DNA of 64,000 bases, from IMG/VR virus record IMGVR_UViG_2529292698_000003; one strand, 5' to 3'. The notes beneath the pieces were generated by a model. That model ran no database searches. It was not told the origin of the DNA and was given only the letters and a program-made list of their open reading frames with translations. The position numbers and the translations under genes were made by a program. Shown piece after piece: positions 44,794 to 55,079 of this stretch (position 1 is its first letter; every line of letters begins with the position of its first letter). This stretch comes from a virus.

Positions 44794-46059
44794 TTAACTA
44801 CTAAATTTTCCGATTGCTATTATTTCATCTGTTGGACTAAGACCATATCCTAGTTCAGTTGGATTTATAACTAAAGTTGTAACTCCACCACTTTCAGTGA
44901 AAGAAGTTATAGCAGATCCTTCAACTAAAGCACCATTAATAAATATGCTAAAATTGTTTACGGAAGTGGTTGGAAGACCTAATGGGGTAGTTAGCCATCC
45001 ACTTGAGAAAGTAGCAGTTGTTGAATTAACATATGTTCCTTCTTTTTGGATATTTGTATTCAAATAAACTATAACAGTATTATCTATAGAAGTACCTCCA
45101 CCACCTGAAGAGGGTGAAGATGGGAATTGAGTTATAGATTTTGGTTTGGATGAAGAAACAAGTTCTAATCCTGATGTGGTTTCTATTCCAAAGGTTACTT
45201 TAGATTTAGCATTATATTTTTTAATAGATGTTAAGTCTTTTTGGATAACATCTGGGATTATATATCCATGGACTTTTAGAGTGAAGTTACTTCTTACAAC
45301 TCTATTTTGACCTTGGTTTAGTTCTGTTATCGTATTAAAGGTGTCAATTCTTGATTTAAATTGAAAACGTTCCGGATCCCCCCAATATGAATCGGACGCG
45401 TAGTTTATCGCCTCTACTATTTTATTTAGTTGCTCTATATAATAAGTTTGAACAATAAAACTATAAGTTAAAGTAACATAGTCAGGAACTACATTAGCAA
45501 TAAACTGTTTTGTTGGTATTCTATTATTTAATAGATCAAAATTAGAATAAAAGTTTTTAGGGTTATATGATTTTTGCCAAGATGTATAAAGATGTGGTGA
45601 ATTAGCGTCAAGTTTATTTGTTATAGAACGATTTTTATCTAAACTATCACGTTTAAACATGATAATAGGAGACATGATTTTACCTTTTTTATCTCTATAA
45701 AATCCATCTTTTTGAATAGCTTTAAATCTCTCAGGAGAACCATATACTAAGGGTACAGCAATTCTTTCTCCATTTTGTATAACTGTAGGTTTAATTACAT
45801 TATCAAAATAATATAATATAGCTTCATCTACATCCTGTATATTTACTGTAAAGGGTTTTACTTTATCCCCTTTAAAAGACATTTTTTCAGATCTGTTAAA
45901 ATCTACTCCACGTTGTGTATTAGGGGTGAATTGTCTAAAATCTTGTATCTCATTAGGATTACCACGAGTTTCTCCTGTTTCAGGATTAACATAAGGGTTA
46001 ACCTGATTATTGGAAATCTCTTTTTGAGATTTTGGTATGGGTTTTCTATTATTTGGCAT
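44794..46059 (-). CDS. Tail completion / sheath stabiliser (gp15-like) with C-terminal extension
   Basis: VPLVYGSPERF, PIIMFKR, VPDYVTLTY, QLNKIVE; follows neck genes. Confidence 0.6.
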   Translation of the reverse strand: MPNNRKPIPKSQKEISNNQVNPYVNPETGETRGNPNEIQDFRQFTPNTQRGVDFNRSEKMSFKGDKVKPFTVNIQDVDEAILYYFDNVIKPTVIQNGERIAVPLVYGSPERFKAIQKDGFYRDKKGKIMSPIIMFKRDSLDKNRSITNKLDANSPHLYTSWQKSYNPKNFYSNFDLLNNRIPTKQFIANVVPDYVTLTYSFIVQTYYIEQLNKIVEAINYASDSYWGDPERFQFKSRIDTFNTITELNQGQNRVVRSNFTLKVHGYIIPDVIQKDLTSIKKYNAKSKVTFGIETTSGLELVSSSKPKSITQFPSSPSSGGGGTSIDNTVIVYLNTNIQKEGTYVNSTTATFSSGWLTTPLGLPTTSVNNFSIFINGALVEGSAITSFTESGGVTTLVINPTELGYGLSPTDEIIAIGKFSS

Positions 46060-46571
46060 TAAATTCTTTCTTTAGTAATTTGTACTTTATCTGCAGGTAC
46101 ATAAAGTGTTTGACAAATAATTGATAAGTTTGTACCAAAATTTTCTAATCCTGGGTTTAATGGGTTTGGTTCGTAAGGATAGTCAGGGTTTTTACCTGTT
46201 ATATAACGGTTAGCATTAGTTGTATGAACTTCATAATATCCTTCATTATACATTACAATATCTCCTACTTCAGGAACCAGGTTAATATCTACTAAATCGT
46301 CTCTTAAAAATTTAAAATCAATTCCCCATTGGAAATCAACACCTAATACTTCATCTTGTGGAAATTCTTGTTCTGATCTTTGGATTCTAGCAAATAATAT
46401 TATAGGTTCAAAATAATATCTTGATCCTGCTGCTTCACCATACATGTTTACTTTAGTTTCATTTAATTTTAATTTATAGTAAACACATTGTTGAGACATG
46501 ATATTACCCATTAACTCGCGGTTAACTTTTCTAAATAACGATATATCTCTTTGTGATCCGTAAATTGCCAT
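46059..46571 (-). CDS. Neck/head-closure protein (gp14-like)
   Basis: NMYGEA, PEVGDIVMYNEGYYEV; gene order. Confidence 0.6.
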   Translation of the reverse strand: MAIYGSQRDISLFRKVNRELMGNIMSQQCVYYKLKLNETKVNMYGEAAGSRYYFEPIILFARIQRSEQEFPQDEVLGVDFQWGIDFKFLRDDLVDINLVPEVGDIVMYNEGYYEVHTTNANRYITGKNPDYPYEPNPLNPGLENFGTNLSIICQTLYVPADKVQITKERI

Positions 46572-46572
46572 C

Positions 46573-47727
46573 TTATCCTATGAAAATTGTATATGGTACG
46601 TAATTTAATTCTTTTTGTAAATGTTCTGACTCAGTTGCTCTATTTTCTAAGAGTTTTTTACGAGAAGTTTCTTCAAAATATGCTCTTAATCTTTCTATAA
46701 GGGCATCTTTTGTTTCTTTTGCTGAACTTAATAGATCTGGAGCGTTTAGAGTGAGTTTTTCATTAGGATCTGGGATTTCATTTCCGTATTTACCTCGAAC
46801 ATATCCTAAAATTTCTTTAACAATTGATAAAGAATATTCAAATATCCATTGTCTGCCAATAGAATTTATTTGAGAATAAACAGGATTTGTGTATGGTACT
46901 TGAGATATATTAGTTATAACATCAACTCCTCCTGTATCGACATATGGATTATTTCGATCTGATTTTTTAATATATTGTACCCACATTTTATCCATAGTTT
47001 CACTTGGAATAGGGAAGATTTTAAGATTGTTATTTACTAATTCAAATGTGTATTGTGATCTACGAATTTGATCATTAAATTCAATAGCTTGTAATTTCTG
47101 TAAATCATAATTTACGGGCATCATCAAAAAGTTTATAGCAGGCGAATAACCTCCAAAACCAAAACTATCTAACATTTGCATCATACCTGTACCTGTACCA
47201 GCATATGGATCAAAATATCTTACAATTGCTGGAGGGGCTTCATAGTAAACTCTTTTAATTTCTAAATCACTAGGACTTAATCCCTCTTGGGCAGCAAAAC
47301 TTTCTAAATTATAATTTTGTACACCCGCAGTTAAATTAATAGAACCAGAATACCAAGTTACATTTCCCCCAACTCCTGCTTCTACCCCATATTGATCTGA
47401 AATTCTAGCTATAGTTGCAAAGTTAGGTTGAGGTAAAGAATTGTTAGCGGAGTTTATAGTTGTTGGAGCTCCTTGAAATGATAAGAAATTTTCGGATGCT
47501 TGGTATGCAAATAATTCATTACCATATGTTGTAATTGCCTCTTCAAAAGCCGCATAAAAGTTTAAATCTTGTAATTCTATTTCAGTAATAGGATACCCTA
47601 ACCTTCTAGCGGCAAATGTAACGAATTTATCAGCATCTTGTTGAAATTGGAGATCATCATCGTAAAATCCAAAAGGGGTTTCTCCTGGAGAGAATGAACT
47701 AGATCCTGGGAAGATAGGTATATTCAT
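46573..47727 (-). CDS. Neck/adaptor protein (gp13-like)
   Basis: RRLGYP..EIEL, WIFEYSL...KEILG.VRGKY, TLNA..LLS.A; gene order. Confidence 0.7.
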   Translation of the reverse strand: MNIPIFPGSSSFSPGETPFGFYDDDLQFQQDADKFVTFAARRLGYPITEIELQDLNFYAAFEEAITTYGNELFAYQASENFLSFQGAPTTINSANNSLPQPNFATIARISDQYGVEAGVGGNVTWYSGSINLTAGVQNYNLESFAAQEGLSPSDLEIKRVYYEAPPAIVRYFDPYAGTGTGMMQMLDSFGFGGYSPAINFLMMPVNYDLQKLQAIEFNDQIRRSQYTFELVNNNLKIFPIPSETMDKMWVQYIKKSDRNNPYVDTGGVDVITNISQVPYTNPVYSQINSIGRQWIFEYSLSIVKEILGYVRGKYGNEIPDPNEKLTLNAPDLLSSAKETKDALIERLRAYFEETSRKKLLENRATESEHLQKELNYVPYTIFIG

Positions 47728-47731
47728 ATTT

Positions 47732-48178
47732 TTAAGAGTTTATAAGGGTATATTCTATGTCTAAACTACTACTTATAGCATAAACTTTTATAGCTTCTAT
47801 ATCATCTCCAAAACTTCCATTAAAATTGCTTGAGGTGATTTGTGAACTTACAAAAAATAAAGAATCTGTAGGGGTGAGTTTTTGAGTAAAACTACCTTGT
47901 GACCCACTAACTATTATAGCAGCATCATAAGTATCATCCAAATTAGTAATTCTAATATATTGTAAACTTGATGAAGGAAAAGTTCCAGCTCCTGGGTTAG
48001 TTCCATTTAGATTAAATAAATCAATGGATGTAGTATTAGGGCAAGTTAATATACGGTGATCAACATTTGTAACATTTGAAATAGTATGAATTACTTCATT
48101 TTTTATTACACTATTTCGGACAACTTGTTCTTCAGTGATTTTTATTTTAAAAGAAGTTGGTGTTAATGTAGAGGCCAT
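47732..48178 (-). CDS. Virion-associated hypothetical protein
   Basis: 148 aa, late motif upstream. Confidence 0.55.
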   Translation of the reverse strand: MASTLTPTSFKIKITEEQVVRNSVIKNEVIHTISNVTNVDHRILTCPNTTSIDLFNLNGTNPGAGTFPSSSLQYIRITNLDDTYDAAIIVSGSQGSFTQKLTPTDSLFFVSSQITSSNFNGSFGDDIEAIKVYAISSSLDIEYTLINS

Positions 48179-48190
48179 ATTAATATTTTA

Positions 48191-48200
48191 TTATAAATAT
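48191..48200 (-). promoter_or_regulatory. Class 2 late-type motif ATATTTATAA
   Basis: Exact motif. Confidence 0.65.
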
Positions 48201-48202
48201 TG

Positions 48203-48901
48203 TTAGCTTCTAAATGACTTATAAACTTCTAATATAGGATCTACAATTTCATGACGATGGTTAGTTTCTAAAGTTACTACATTAAAACTAGGCACATCAA
48301 TCATATGTTTAATCATAAAATCAAATCCAGAATCTTTTTTATTTCTAAGATCAATTTGAGCACTATCCCCACAAAATATAACTTTAGATCCTTTACATAT
48401 TCTAGTAAGGATTAACTCAGTTTGAACATCAGTTAAGTTTTGAGATTCATCTACTACTACTAAACAATCTGTAAAATTTCTACCTCTCATAAAGGAAACA
48501 GGCACTATTTCAATTTTACCCTCTTCTATAAGTTTTTCAATTTTGACTTTATCGTATAAACGATGCATATTTTCGTATACAGGAGCTGTAAAGGGGGCTA
48601 ACTTTTCATCAATACCACCTGGAAGATAGCCTATGTCTTGTCCTGCTACTACAGTTGGTCTTGTGATAAGAACTTTTTCTATTTCTTTAGTAAATAGTAA
48701 GTCTAGGGCTACTTGTGCAGCCAACAAAGATTTACCTGATCCTGCTTTTCCTTTTAATACAGTTACAGTATTATAGAGAATCTGTTTTTTAGCTTCTTTT
48801 TGTTCTTGGTTTAATGTAAGTTTGAATTTTATTGGGTTTTTTGGTCTGCCTTTTCTTTTAAAAGTTTGTTGAGCTTCAGTTGATCTATTATAATCTGTCA
48901 T
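48203..48901 (-). CDS. phoH: PhoH-family ATPase
   Basis: GKAGSGKS, ITRP, IGYLPG, MRGRNF, VDESQN, TRI..GSK..FCGD..QIDL, RH..V. Confidence 0.92.
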   Translation of the reverse strand: MTDYNRSTEAQQTFKRKGRPKNPIKFKLTLNQEQKEAKKQILYNTVTVLKGKAGSGKSLLAAQVALDLLFTKEIEKVLITRPTVVAGQDIGYLPGGIDEKLAPFTAPVYENMHRLYDKVKIEKLIEEGKIEIVPVSFMRGRNFTDCLVVVDESQNLTDVQTELILTRICKGSKVIFCGDSAQIDLRNKKDSGFDFMIKHMIDVPSFNVVTLETNHRHEIVDPILEVYKSFRS

Positions 48902-48914
48902 ATAACGGTTTTGA

Positions 48915-48924
48915 TTATAAATAC
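48915..48924 (-). promoter_or_regulatory. Class 2 late-type motif GTATTTATAA
   Basis: Directly after capsid terminator. Confidence 0.6.
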
Positions 48925-48926
48925 AT

Positions 48927-48952
48927 AAAAAAAGCCTAGCTTTCGCTAGGCT
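48927..48952 (-). terminator. Intrinsic terminator after major capsid gene
   Basis: AGCCTAGC-GAAA-GCTAGGCT-T run. Confidence 0.88.
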
Positions 48953-48979
48953 CTTTTAAAATTTATGAATTGATTTCTA

Positions 48980-50659
48980 CTAGATAGAAGCCAAATCACT
49001 GATGAAAATACGACCATAGAATTCTGGACGGATCATTTTCTTAGCGTAACGAGTCAAGAGACCTTTACGTGGTGTAAATGTATCTGGATCGTACACTAGA
49101 GGTGTCATGATCAATGGAATGTATGGAGCAAATACCGCACCAGTTTCAAGGAATTGAGATCCTCTATAACCCATCAAAATAACATTTTCTGTCATGTAAG
49201 GGTTTTTATAAACTGTGTAACGGTTGTTTAATTGTCCCGATTTTTGGATACCAAATGAATAAGACATTTTAGTTGCTTCACCATCAGATGTTGATGCAAA
49301 TCCAGGGATTGATTCTAACACAGTAGCAACTGTAGGAGAAACTACAACAAAGTTCGCACCTCCACGTAGAGTTTTCTGGTGGATTTTGTTACTAACTTTT
49401 TGCATCTTAGTTCCTAAAGTTTGGAACCATTGTCCTTGTGTGTTGAAGAATCCTAAATCATCAAATCCAGTTTTTCCAGAGTTTAATGAACGGTTATTAA
49501 CAGCTGACCAATATTCATCTGCTGCAGAAGCATCTTGGATCAACATATCAAGGTTTTCAAGATCAATCTCTAATGAGATATACTCGCTCATGATAGAAGT
49601 TAATTCCGCTTCAGCATCAAGTGATTGGTAAGCGTTAAGATCCTGAGCGAATTCCGGTGTCCATTGTGCTTTTAATTTACGTGTTTTAGCAACGATAGCT
49701 TCAGATTTCAATTTAACATTGATTTCTGGGATAGCAAGTTCATCTGCTGCAGTTGAGTTAGCATTTGGACGACCAGCACCTGATGCATCTTCGAAGTCAC
49801 CACGGTTGTTATCAGTTGGTTGAACGTTGTAAGTTACATAGAATGGCTCACTCAAATCAGCGAATGAAGCTGAAGATACTTGGTGAATGAAAGTTACAGT
49901 TCCTGTAGTTTCATTAACTGAAGTATATTGAGGTAAGATAGTTGAAGTAGTAGCGATTGAAGCTGAAGTAGCTGTGAAAGCACGAACACCTTTGAAGTCT
50001 GGGTTTGTTGCACCAGATCCAGTAAGAGAACTCATGTTAACTGATACTGCTGAGTAAGTAACACCTGCTGCGATTGAAGCTGAAAGTTCAGCAGCGTAAT
50101 CAACTTGAGCCCAAGTTGCAGATGTAATAGTACCTGTTAAAGATGATGATTTTTGGTTGATTGAGTAACCAAATCTTCCCGCTCCATATAAACCTCCGTT
50201 TGGATCAACACCAGCACCTGGATCTGTGTCACCATACATAGATGCATTAGCTCCGTATACAGTATCACTACCACCAAAGTTTAATTGTTTAGTATCTCCA
50301 TATTGGAAATCCAAGAAGAATACTAGACCTGAAGGTAAGTTCATTGGTTGAACAGACATGAATTCTTTAGTTGAAAGAGATCCAAATACTTTACGTACCA
50401 ATGGAAGAGCAACTCCTGCCCATTGTGCACCATTTCCTACAGAAAAAGTACCACCACCTTGGTCAGTAGCAGAAGCTTCAGTTACTAATTGTTTTGCTTG
50501 GTTTTCAAGGATTAAGGCCATGTTGTTTTTGTCGATCTCATTGCTTAGACCTTCCAACAAACCTGTTCTTCCCCATTTGCTCGAAATACGAGCACCTTCG
50601 TTCTGCATGTTTTTCCAACCTTGTGCAGAGCTTTCTAAAAGTGAATTTAAGTTTGACAT
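48980..50659 (-). CDS. gp23: Major capsid protein (T4 gp23 family)
   Basis: VQPMNLPSGLVFFL, AKTRKLKA.WT.E.AQDL, DAEAEL, YAPY-like FAPYIPL, KGLLTRY. Confidence 0.95.
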   Translation of the reverse strand: MSNLNSLLESSAQGWKNMQNEGARISSKWGRTGLLEGLSNEIDKNNMALILENQAKQLVTEASATDQGGGTFSVGNGAQWAGVALPLVRKVFGSLSTKEFMSVQPMNLPSGLVFFLDFQYGDTKQLNFGGSDTVYGANASMYGDTDPGAGVDPNGGLYGAGRFGYSINQKSSSLTGTITSATWAQVDYAAELSASIAAGVTYSAVSVNMSSLTGSGATNPDFKGVRAFTATSASIATTSTILPQYTSVNETTGTVTFIHQVSSASFADLSEPFYVTYNVQPTDNNRGDFEDASGAGRPNANSTAADELAIPEINVKLKSEAIVAKTRKLKAQWTPEFAQDLNAYQSLDAEAELTSIMSEYISLEIDLENLDMLIQDASAADEYWSAVNNRSLNSGKTGFDDLGFFNTQGQWFQTLGTKMQKVSNKIHQKTLRGGANFVVVSPTVATVLESIPGFASTSDGEATKMSYSFGIQKSGQLNNRYTVYKNPYMTENVILMGYRGSQFLETGAVFAPYIPLIMTPLVYDPDTFTPRKGLLTRYAKKMIRPEFYGRIFISDLASI

Positions 50660-50680
50660 TTTTGTTTTTGTTTTTTAAGA

Positions 50681-51940
50681 TTAATGTTTAGCGCTATAAA
50701 ATGCTATTTCTCTCATACGTGAGAAAGCATCGTTAGCTTCAATAATTGGTTTTTTGGTTGTACCCGTTGCTTTTGAAGCACTACCTAAGTTTTCAGAAAG
50801 TGGTTTTTTGCTTGTTGTGATACCTCCATTTAGAGTTTCATAAACAAGTTTTACTTCTTTAACTGTAGTAGTTTTATCAAAGCTGTTTAGTACTTTTAAT
50901 TTTTGACTTTCAGTCAAGTTTTTACCTTTGAAGATTTTATTTGTGTAAAGCAATTTAGCATTTAACAAATTAACTTCATTTAATTCAGAACGAAGAGCTT
51001 CAACAGTTGAATAAGCTTCATCAAGTTCTTTTTGAAGGTTTTCAAAAGTAGATGCTGTTGCTGGTCCTGCGATTTCAGATCCAGGGGTATAAACTAATTC
51101 CCCTCCTTTGATTTCAATTCTTCCAGCACCACCATCTGCTTCAGCTGCTTTAACTAGAGCTTCAATTTCAGATTCTGTTGGTGGAGTGAAAGATTCAATC
51201 TTTCCTGATGCTGCTAATCTTTTACCAGCGTAGACTTTCATAGGAATTTCTTTTTCCAAATCCTCAACTCTTCCTGCCGCAGCACTGAAAGGTTTGGTGA
51301 TTTTCTTAATAGTATCCATAAAGCCTTCTTCCATCGGATCTTCGTCTTCCGTCATATCATCATCATGATATGTTTCATCCATAGAATCAATTTCAGCTAG
51401 AAGTTCATCGATGTTTACTTCTTCTTCTTCCTCTTCTTCTGTTTCCATTTCTTCATCTTCCATGTCTTCACCTTCCATGTTTTCACCAGCTTCTAATTCA
51501 CCAGCTTCAACCATATCAGCGATTACATCTTCGATGAATGATTTTAAATCTTCTTCAGACATATCTTCCAGATCCATTGTTTCTTCCTCAGTTTCTGATT
51601 CCATGTCTTCATCAGCTTCTTCAGCTTCATCTTCCATGTCTTCTTCATCTTCGGCTTCATTTAGTTCTGAGAGTAGTTCTTCAAGATCTAGCTCTTCCAA
51701 ATTTTCTTCTTCCATTGTAGGTTCTGTATCATATTCTTCATACATTGCCATTTCACCATCTTCCATTCCTTCTACTTCTTCATCAATTTCTTCCATTTCT
51801 TGAAGTTTAGTAGCAAGCATAGATTTTAGGTGTGGAGTAAAGGATTCTTCTAGAGCTGCTTTTGCATTTGCAATAGCCATTTCTTTTACAGCTTTAGCAT
51901 CTGCGATTGCTTCTTTAAGCAAATCTCTGTTTGTTGCCAT
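50681..51940 (-). CDS. Prohead scaffold (core) protein
   Basis: Extremely acidic, coiled C-terminus, between protease and capsid genes. Confidence 0.75.
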   Translation of the reverse strand: MATNRDLLKEAIADAKAVKEMAIANAKAALEESFTPHLKSMLATKLQEMEEIDEEVEGMEDGEMAMYEEYDTEPTMEEENLEELDLEELLSELNEAEDEEDMEDEAEEADEDMESETEEETMDLEDMSEEDLKSFIEDVIADMVEAGELEAGENMEGEDMEDEEMETEEEEEEEVNIDELLAEIDSMDETYHDDDMTEDEDPMEEGFMDTIKKITKPFSAAAGRVEDLEKEIPMKVYAGKRLAASGKIESFTPPTESEIEALVKAAEADGGAGRIEIKGGELVYTPGSEIAGPATASTFENLQKELDEAYSTVEALRSELNEVNLLNAKLLYTNKIFKGKNLTESQKLKVLNSFDKTTTVKEVKLVYETLNGGITTSKKPLSENLGSASKATGTTKKPIIEANDAFSRMREIAFYSAKH

Positions 51941-52037
51941 TTTTCCTAAAATTTTATTTTGTTTGGGAAATACGTTTATTGAGAAACGTAATAGAATTAA
52001 TTAGTTATCATGCTATATAAGGGATAGCATATTCGTG

Positions 52038-52047
52038 TAATAAATAC
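52038..52047 (-). promoter_or_regulatory. Class 2 variant GTATTTATTA heading scaffold-capsid unit
   Basis: One mismatch to motif; follows terminator. Confidence 0.5.
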
Positions 52048-52073
52048 ACAAAGAAAATTCAAAATGTAAAGAG

Positions 52074-52100
52074 AAAAAAAGATTGAACTTTTGTTCAACC
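52074..52100 (-). terminator. Intrinsic terminator after protease gene
   Basis: GGTTGAAC-AAAA-GTTCAATC-T7. Confidence 0.75.
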
Positions 52101-52126
52101 TTATTTATAATAAAATATCTAGGATA

Positions 52127-52735
52127 TTAAAATATAGGACAATTACCTTGTGAACAAAGTATATCGGTTATAATACTTTGAACATTTTTGTAGGGGTTTG
52201 GTAGATTAGAGTAGTCTATACCTTCTCTAAGTGGAGACATCCATGATCCTGGGTTAGAAGGTGTTGAAACAAAATCCCAACATAATAAATCAAAATCATC
52301 TTGGACTTCTAATACACCATTATTTTCTTTTAATGAACCCATCCCACGAGATGATACTCCAACTTTAATACCACTGTCTATTAATGCCTTAAGTATATTT
52401 CCTGATGGAGTTGGGAGGATCTCTATTTTACCCATTACTTTATCCCCATTCCACCAGATTTCTGTAATATTATGGGATACATTTTTTAGGTTAATAATAG
52501 AGGATTCAGGATGATCTAATTCTCCTAGGGCTCTGTTTTCTTTAACAGACTCCATATATTTATCAATTTCTCTTTCCCATAGATCCTTAGAATAGTATCT
52601 ACCGTTTCCATTTTTGACTTCAGCGGTTGCTAAAAGACCTTCAACAATTGGGTTACCTCTTTCAGATTTTCCTTCAGTTAAGGAAACCTTTGTAGGTTCA
52701 AATAATTGGGTTTCTATTAAAAGTGGTTTATTCAT
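52127..52735 (-). CDS. gp21: Prohead core protein protease
   Basis: NGNGRYY, LGELDHP, GVSSRGMGSL, DFVSTPS. Confidence 0.92.
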   Translation of the reverse strand: MNKPLLIETQLFEPTKVSLTEGKSERGNPIVEGLLATAEVKNGNGRYYSKDLWEREIDKYMESVKENRALGELDHPESSIINLKNVSHNITEIWWNGDKVMGKIEILPTPSGNILKALIDSGIKVGVSSRGMGSLKENNGVLEVQDDFDLLCWDFVSTPSNPGSWMSPLREGIDYSNLPNPYKNVQSIITDILCSQGNCPIF

Positions 52736-54387
52736 TATATATCGTAATCAAGTCCTAAATCATACCCTTCTAAAAACTCAACAACTTCATTGTACATTTC
52801 AGGGTACATAGATGCTATATCTTCTATTTCCATTCCTTCTTCCGCATACATTGGAATTATTTGGTTGATGATTTCTTGAGGGAGTTCGTTTTCACCTTTA
52901 TCAAGGTTTAAAATTTCTGGGTTTACTGTTAAGAATTCTTCAAATTCATCCATTACATCTTCTTCGGCATTGATATCTTGGGAATGCATATCAATGAAAG
53001 ATTTTATATCTTCATTAGATATATTTGGGTATTTCTTTGAAATAATACCTGCAATATCAATATTTTCATCTTCTTCAAGCTTTAGTTTAGACATATCTTC
53101 TAAATTTTTTTTTACCTTTTCAACGGTTGGGTCTAAATCTTTAAAGGTTGTATTAAGTTTCTCAGAATCAACAGATGGGGCTTCTGATAGTACTTCATCT
53201 TCATCAATGATTTCTTTCTTTGTAGTTTTAGTTTTGGTAAGTTTTTCATACATTTTCAAAACTTTACCTTTATATTTTTCAAGAAGTTTAACCTCTTTTT
53301 TAAGTTCTTTCATTGCTTTATTATCAACCAATTCTCTCATTTCTTCACTTTCCTCAATTGAGTTTAGTCGTGAATTTTTTTCTTCTATTGCTTTATCTAA
53401 AGCTTCCATTTTAGTTGTGAGTTCAGCTAATTTAGAAGTTTTTTCAATCTCTTTAATAGTTTTTTGATATTTTTTATTTTCTGAGATTAATTCTTGTTTA
53501 ATCATGGTATTGATCAATTTACGAACTTTTGATTCATCAATTGATTCATTCATATTATAATTTTTATCCCACCAATTTCTTAGTTTTTCTTCATTTTCAG
53601 AAGATAGAGTGGAGGTCTCATCAGTTAGACCATATGTTACTTTTTGAATAAAATCATCAACATTTCTAGAAATTGCCATTGTATCTACTAGGAAAGTATA
53701 TAGCTCATCTCCGGTCATAGGAATAGTTTCTCCTTGGTATTCACTGTCTAGGAAGTTTGGGTAATTTCTTTTAATCTTTCCTTCTTTTAAATCACCATAT
53801 CCACTTGATTTATATTTACCTTTAGGTTCTTTTGGTTCTCCAAGACCAGGTACATCCATTTCAACACCTACACCTTTTTCACCAAACATACCATTTTTAG
53901 TATAGTAAATTGGATCTTTAGCTAGATTTTTAAGAACAATATCACGTAGTTGTTGTTCTGTCTTCTTAGCATTTTTAGGATCTTTCATCTCACAATAGTA
54001 TCCTTTCATAATCTCACCGAAGATTTGATTATCAGGGTTTTTCTTATCTGTACGATCAAAGTTATGTTTAAGTTTATCTTCTACTTGTTGAGAAACTTTT
54101 TTAATTTCAGCGTTAGGATCGTTATCATTTTTCTTACGAGCTTCCTTTAAGAAGTTTTCAAAGGCAGTTTCATAAGATTCTTTTTTACGTGAAATAGTAT
54201 TAATTGGTTCTATACCAACTAAATTTTCACTAATAACGTTTTTATCCTTTAGAATATTAGATGCTTCTTCAAATGTAGCTGCATTACGAATATAATTAGG
54301 AAACATTTGTTTTGCTTCCTTCAAAAACACACCTTTGTGTCCTTTACCTTCTTTAATTAATTTATATTGGTCTTGTAAGGTTTTCAT
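52735..54387 (-). CDS. Hypothetical, putative processed internal head protein
   Basis: Charged, many L/I-x-E motifs, TAATG-coupled to protease. Confidence 0.5.
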   Translation of the reverse strand: MKTLQDQYKLIKEGKGHKGVFLKEAKQMFPNYIRNAATFEEASNILKDKNVISENLVGIEPINTISRKKESYETAFENFLKEARKKNDNDPNAEIKKVSQQVEDKLKHNFDRTDKKNPDNQIFGEIMKGYYCEMKDPKNAKKTEQQLRDIVLKNLAKDPIYYTKNGMFGEKGVGVEMDVPGLGEPKEPKGKYKSSGYGDLKEGKIKRNYPNFLDSEYQGETIPMTGDELYTFLVDTMAISRNVDDFIQKVTYGLTDETSTLSSENEEKLRNWWDKNYNMNESIDESKVRKLINTMIKQELISENKKYQKTIKEIEKTSKLAELTTKMEALDKAIEEKNSRLNSIEESEEMRELVDNKAMKELKKEVKLLEKYKGKVLKMYEKLTKTKTTKKEIIDEDEVLSEAPSVDSEKLNTTFKDLDPTVEKVKKNLEDMSKLKLEEDENIDIAGIISKKYPNISNEDIKSFIDMHSQDINAEEDVMDEFEEFLTVNPEILNLDKGENELPQEIINQIIPMYAEEGMEIEDIASMYPEMYNEVVEFLEGYDLGLDYDI

Positions 54388-55079
54388 TCTTCTTCTCCTT
54401 TAAGTAGTTGTTTAATGTCTTTTATATAGTCTAAAATTAAATCTGTTGATCTAATAATGGCATAAGAGCCTGGGTTTTCGGTGTAGTATTCTATAGTAGC
54501 GTTTTTAGCGTTGGAAATTAGTGGGGATAAACTATTAAGTTCATTTTCAATTTTGTCAAATATATTAATTCTTTCTTGTTGAAAATCTTTAGCTTCTCCC
54601 TCGTATAATTTTTTAACTTCTATCCCTGATCCTTTTATTTTTTTAGGGACAGGTTTCCATCCTAATTTATAGTAATAAATATTTTTAGTTCCTTTAGAAT
54701 TAGTATTTTTGTTAAACGCTTTAGGAGTAGCATACTGTGCCCCTGTTCCAGAAGTAAAAGAAGCTCCTCCTTGAGATGTGGATGATTGTTCTTTTAGATC
54801 TGGGTATTTAGTTAATAGTCTAGAAAATCTGTTTCGTAAAGATTTACCTAATTTTAATAAAGATTCTGATTCGGGGGTTTTAGTGAGTTTATATAATTTA
54901 TTTAATTTGGTAGTTATGTTATCTATATCAGTATAAAGTTTTTTAAGGTTTGGAGTATAATCAACATCCCAAGATATAGATTGTGTTTTTGGATCCTCAC
55001 TAGTTTTTGTAGTGATAAAATCTTCAGCTTCTTTTAATGATTTAAAAGTAGATAGTATTTCTTCTTTAAACTGCTTCAT
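54384..55079 (-). CDS. Hypothetical, putative internal head protein
   Basis: SLKE, DLKE, KLYE motifs; head gene block. Confidence 0.45.
   Translation of the reverse strand: MKQFKEEILSTFKSLKEAEDFITTKTSEDPKTQSISWDVDYTPNLKKLYTDIDNITTKLNKLYKLTKTPESESLLKLGKSLRNRFSRLLTKYPDLKEQSSTSQGGASFTSGTGAQYATPKAFNKNTNSKGTKNIYYYKLGWKPVPKKIKGSGIEVKKLYEGEAKDFQQERINIFDKIENELNSLSPLISNAKNATIEYYTENPGSYAIIRSTDLILDYIKDIKQLLKGEEE

Noticed and set aside
51350-51800. Low-complexity (tct/tca)n-like stretch as a DNA repeat element
   Set aside because: Explained by Glu/Asp codons of the acidic scaffold protein
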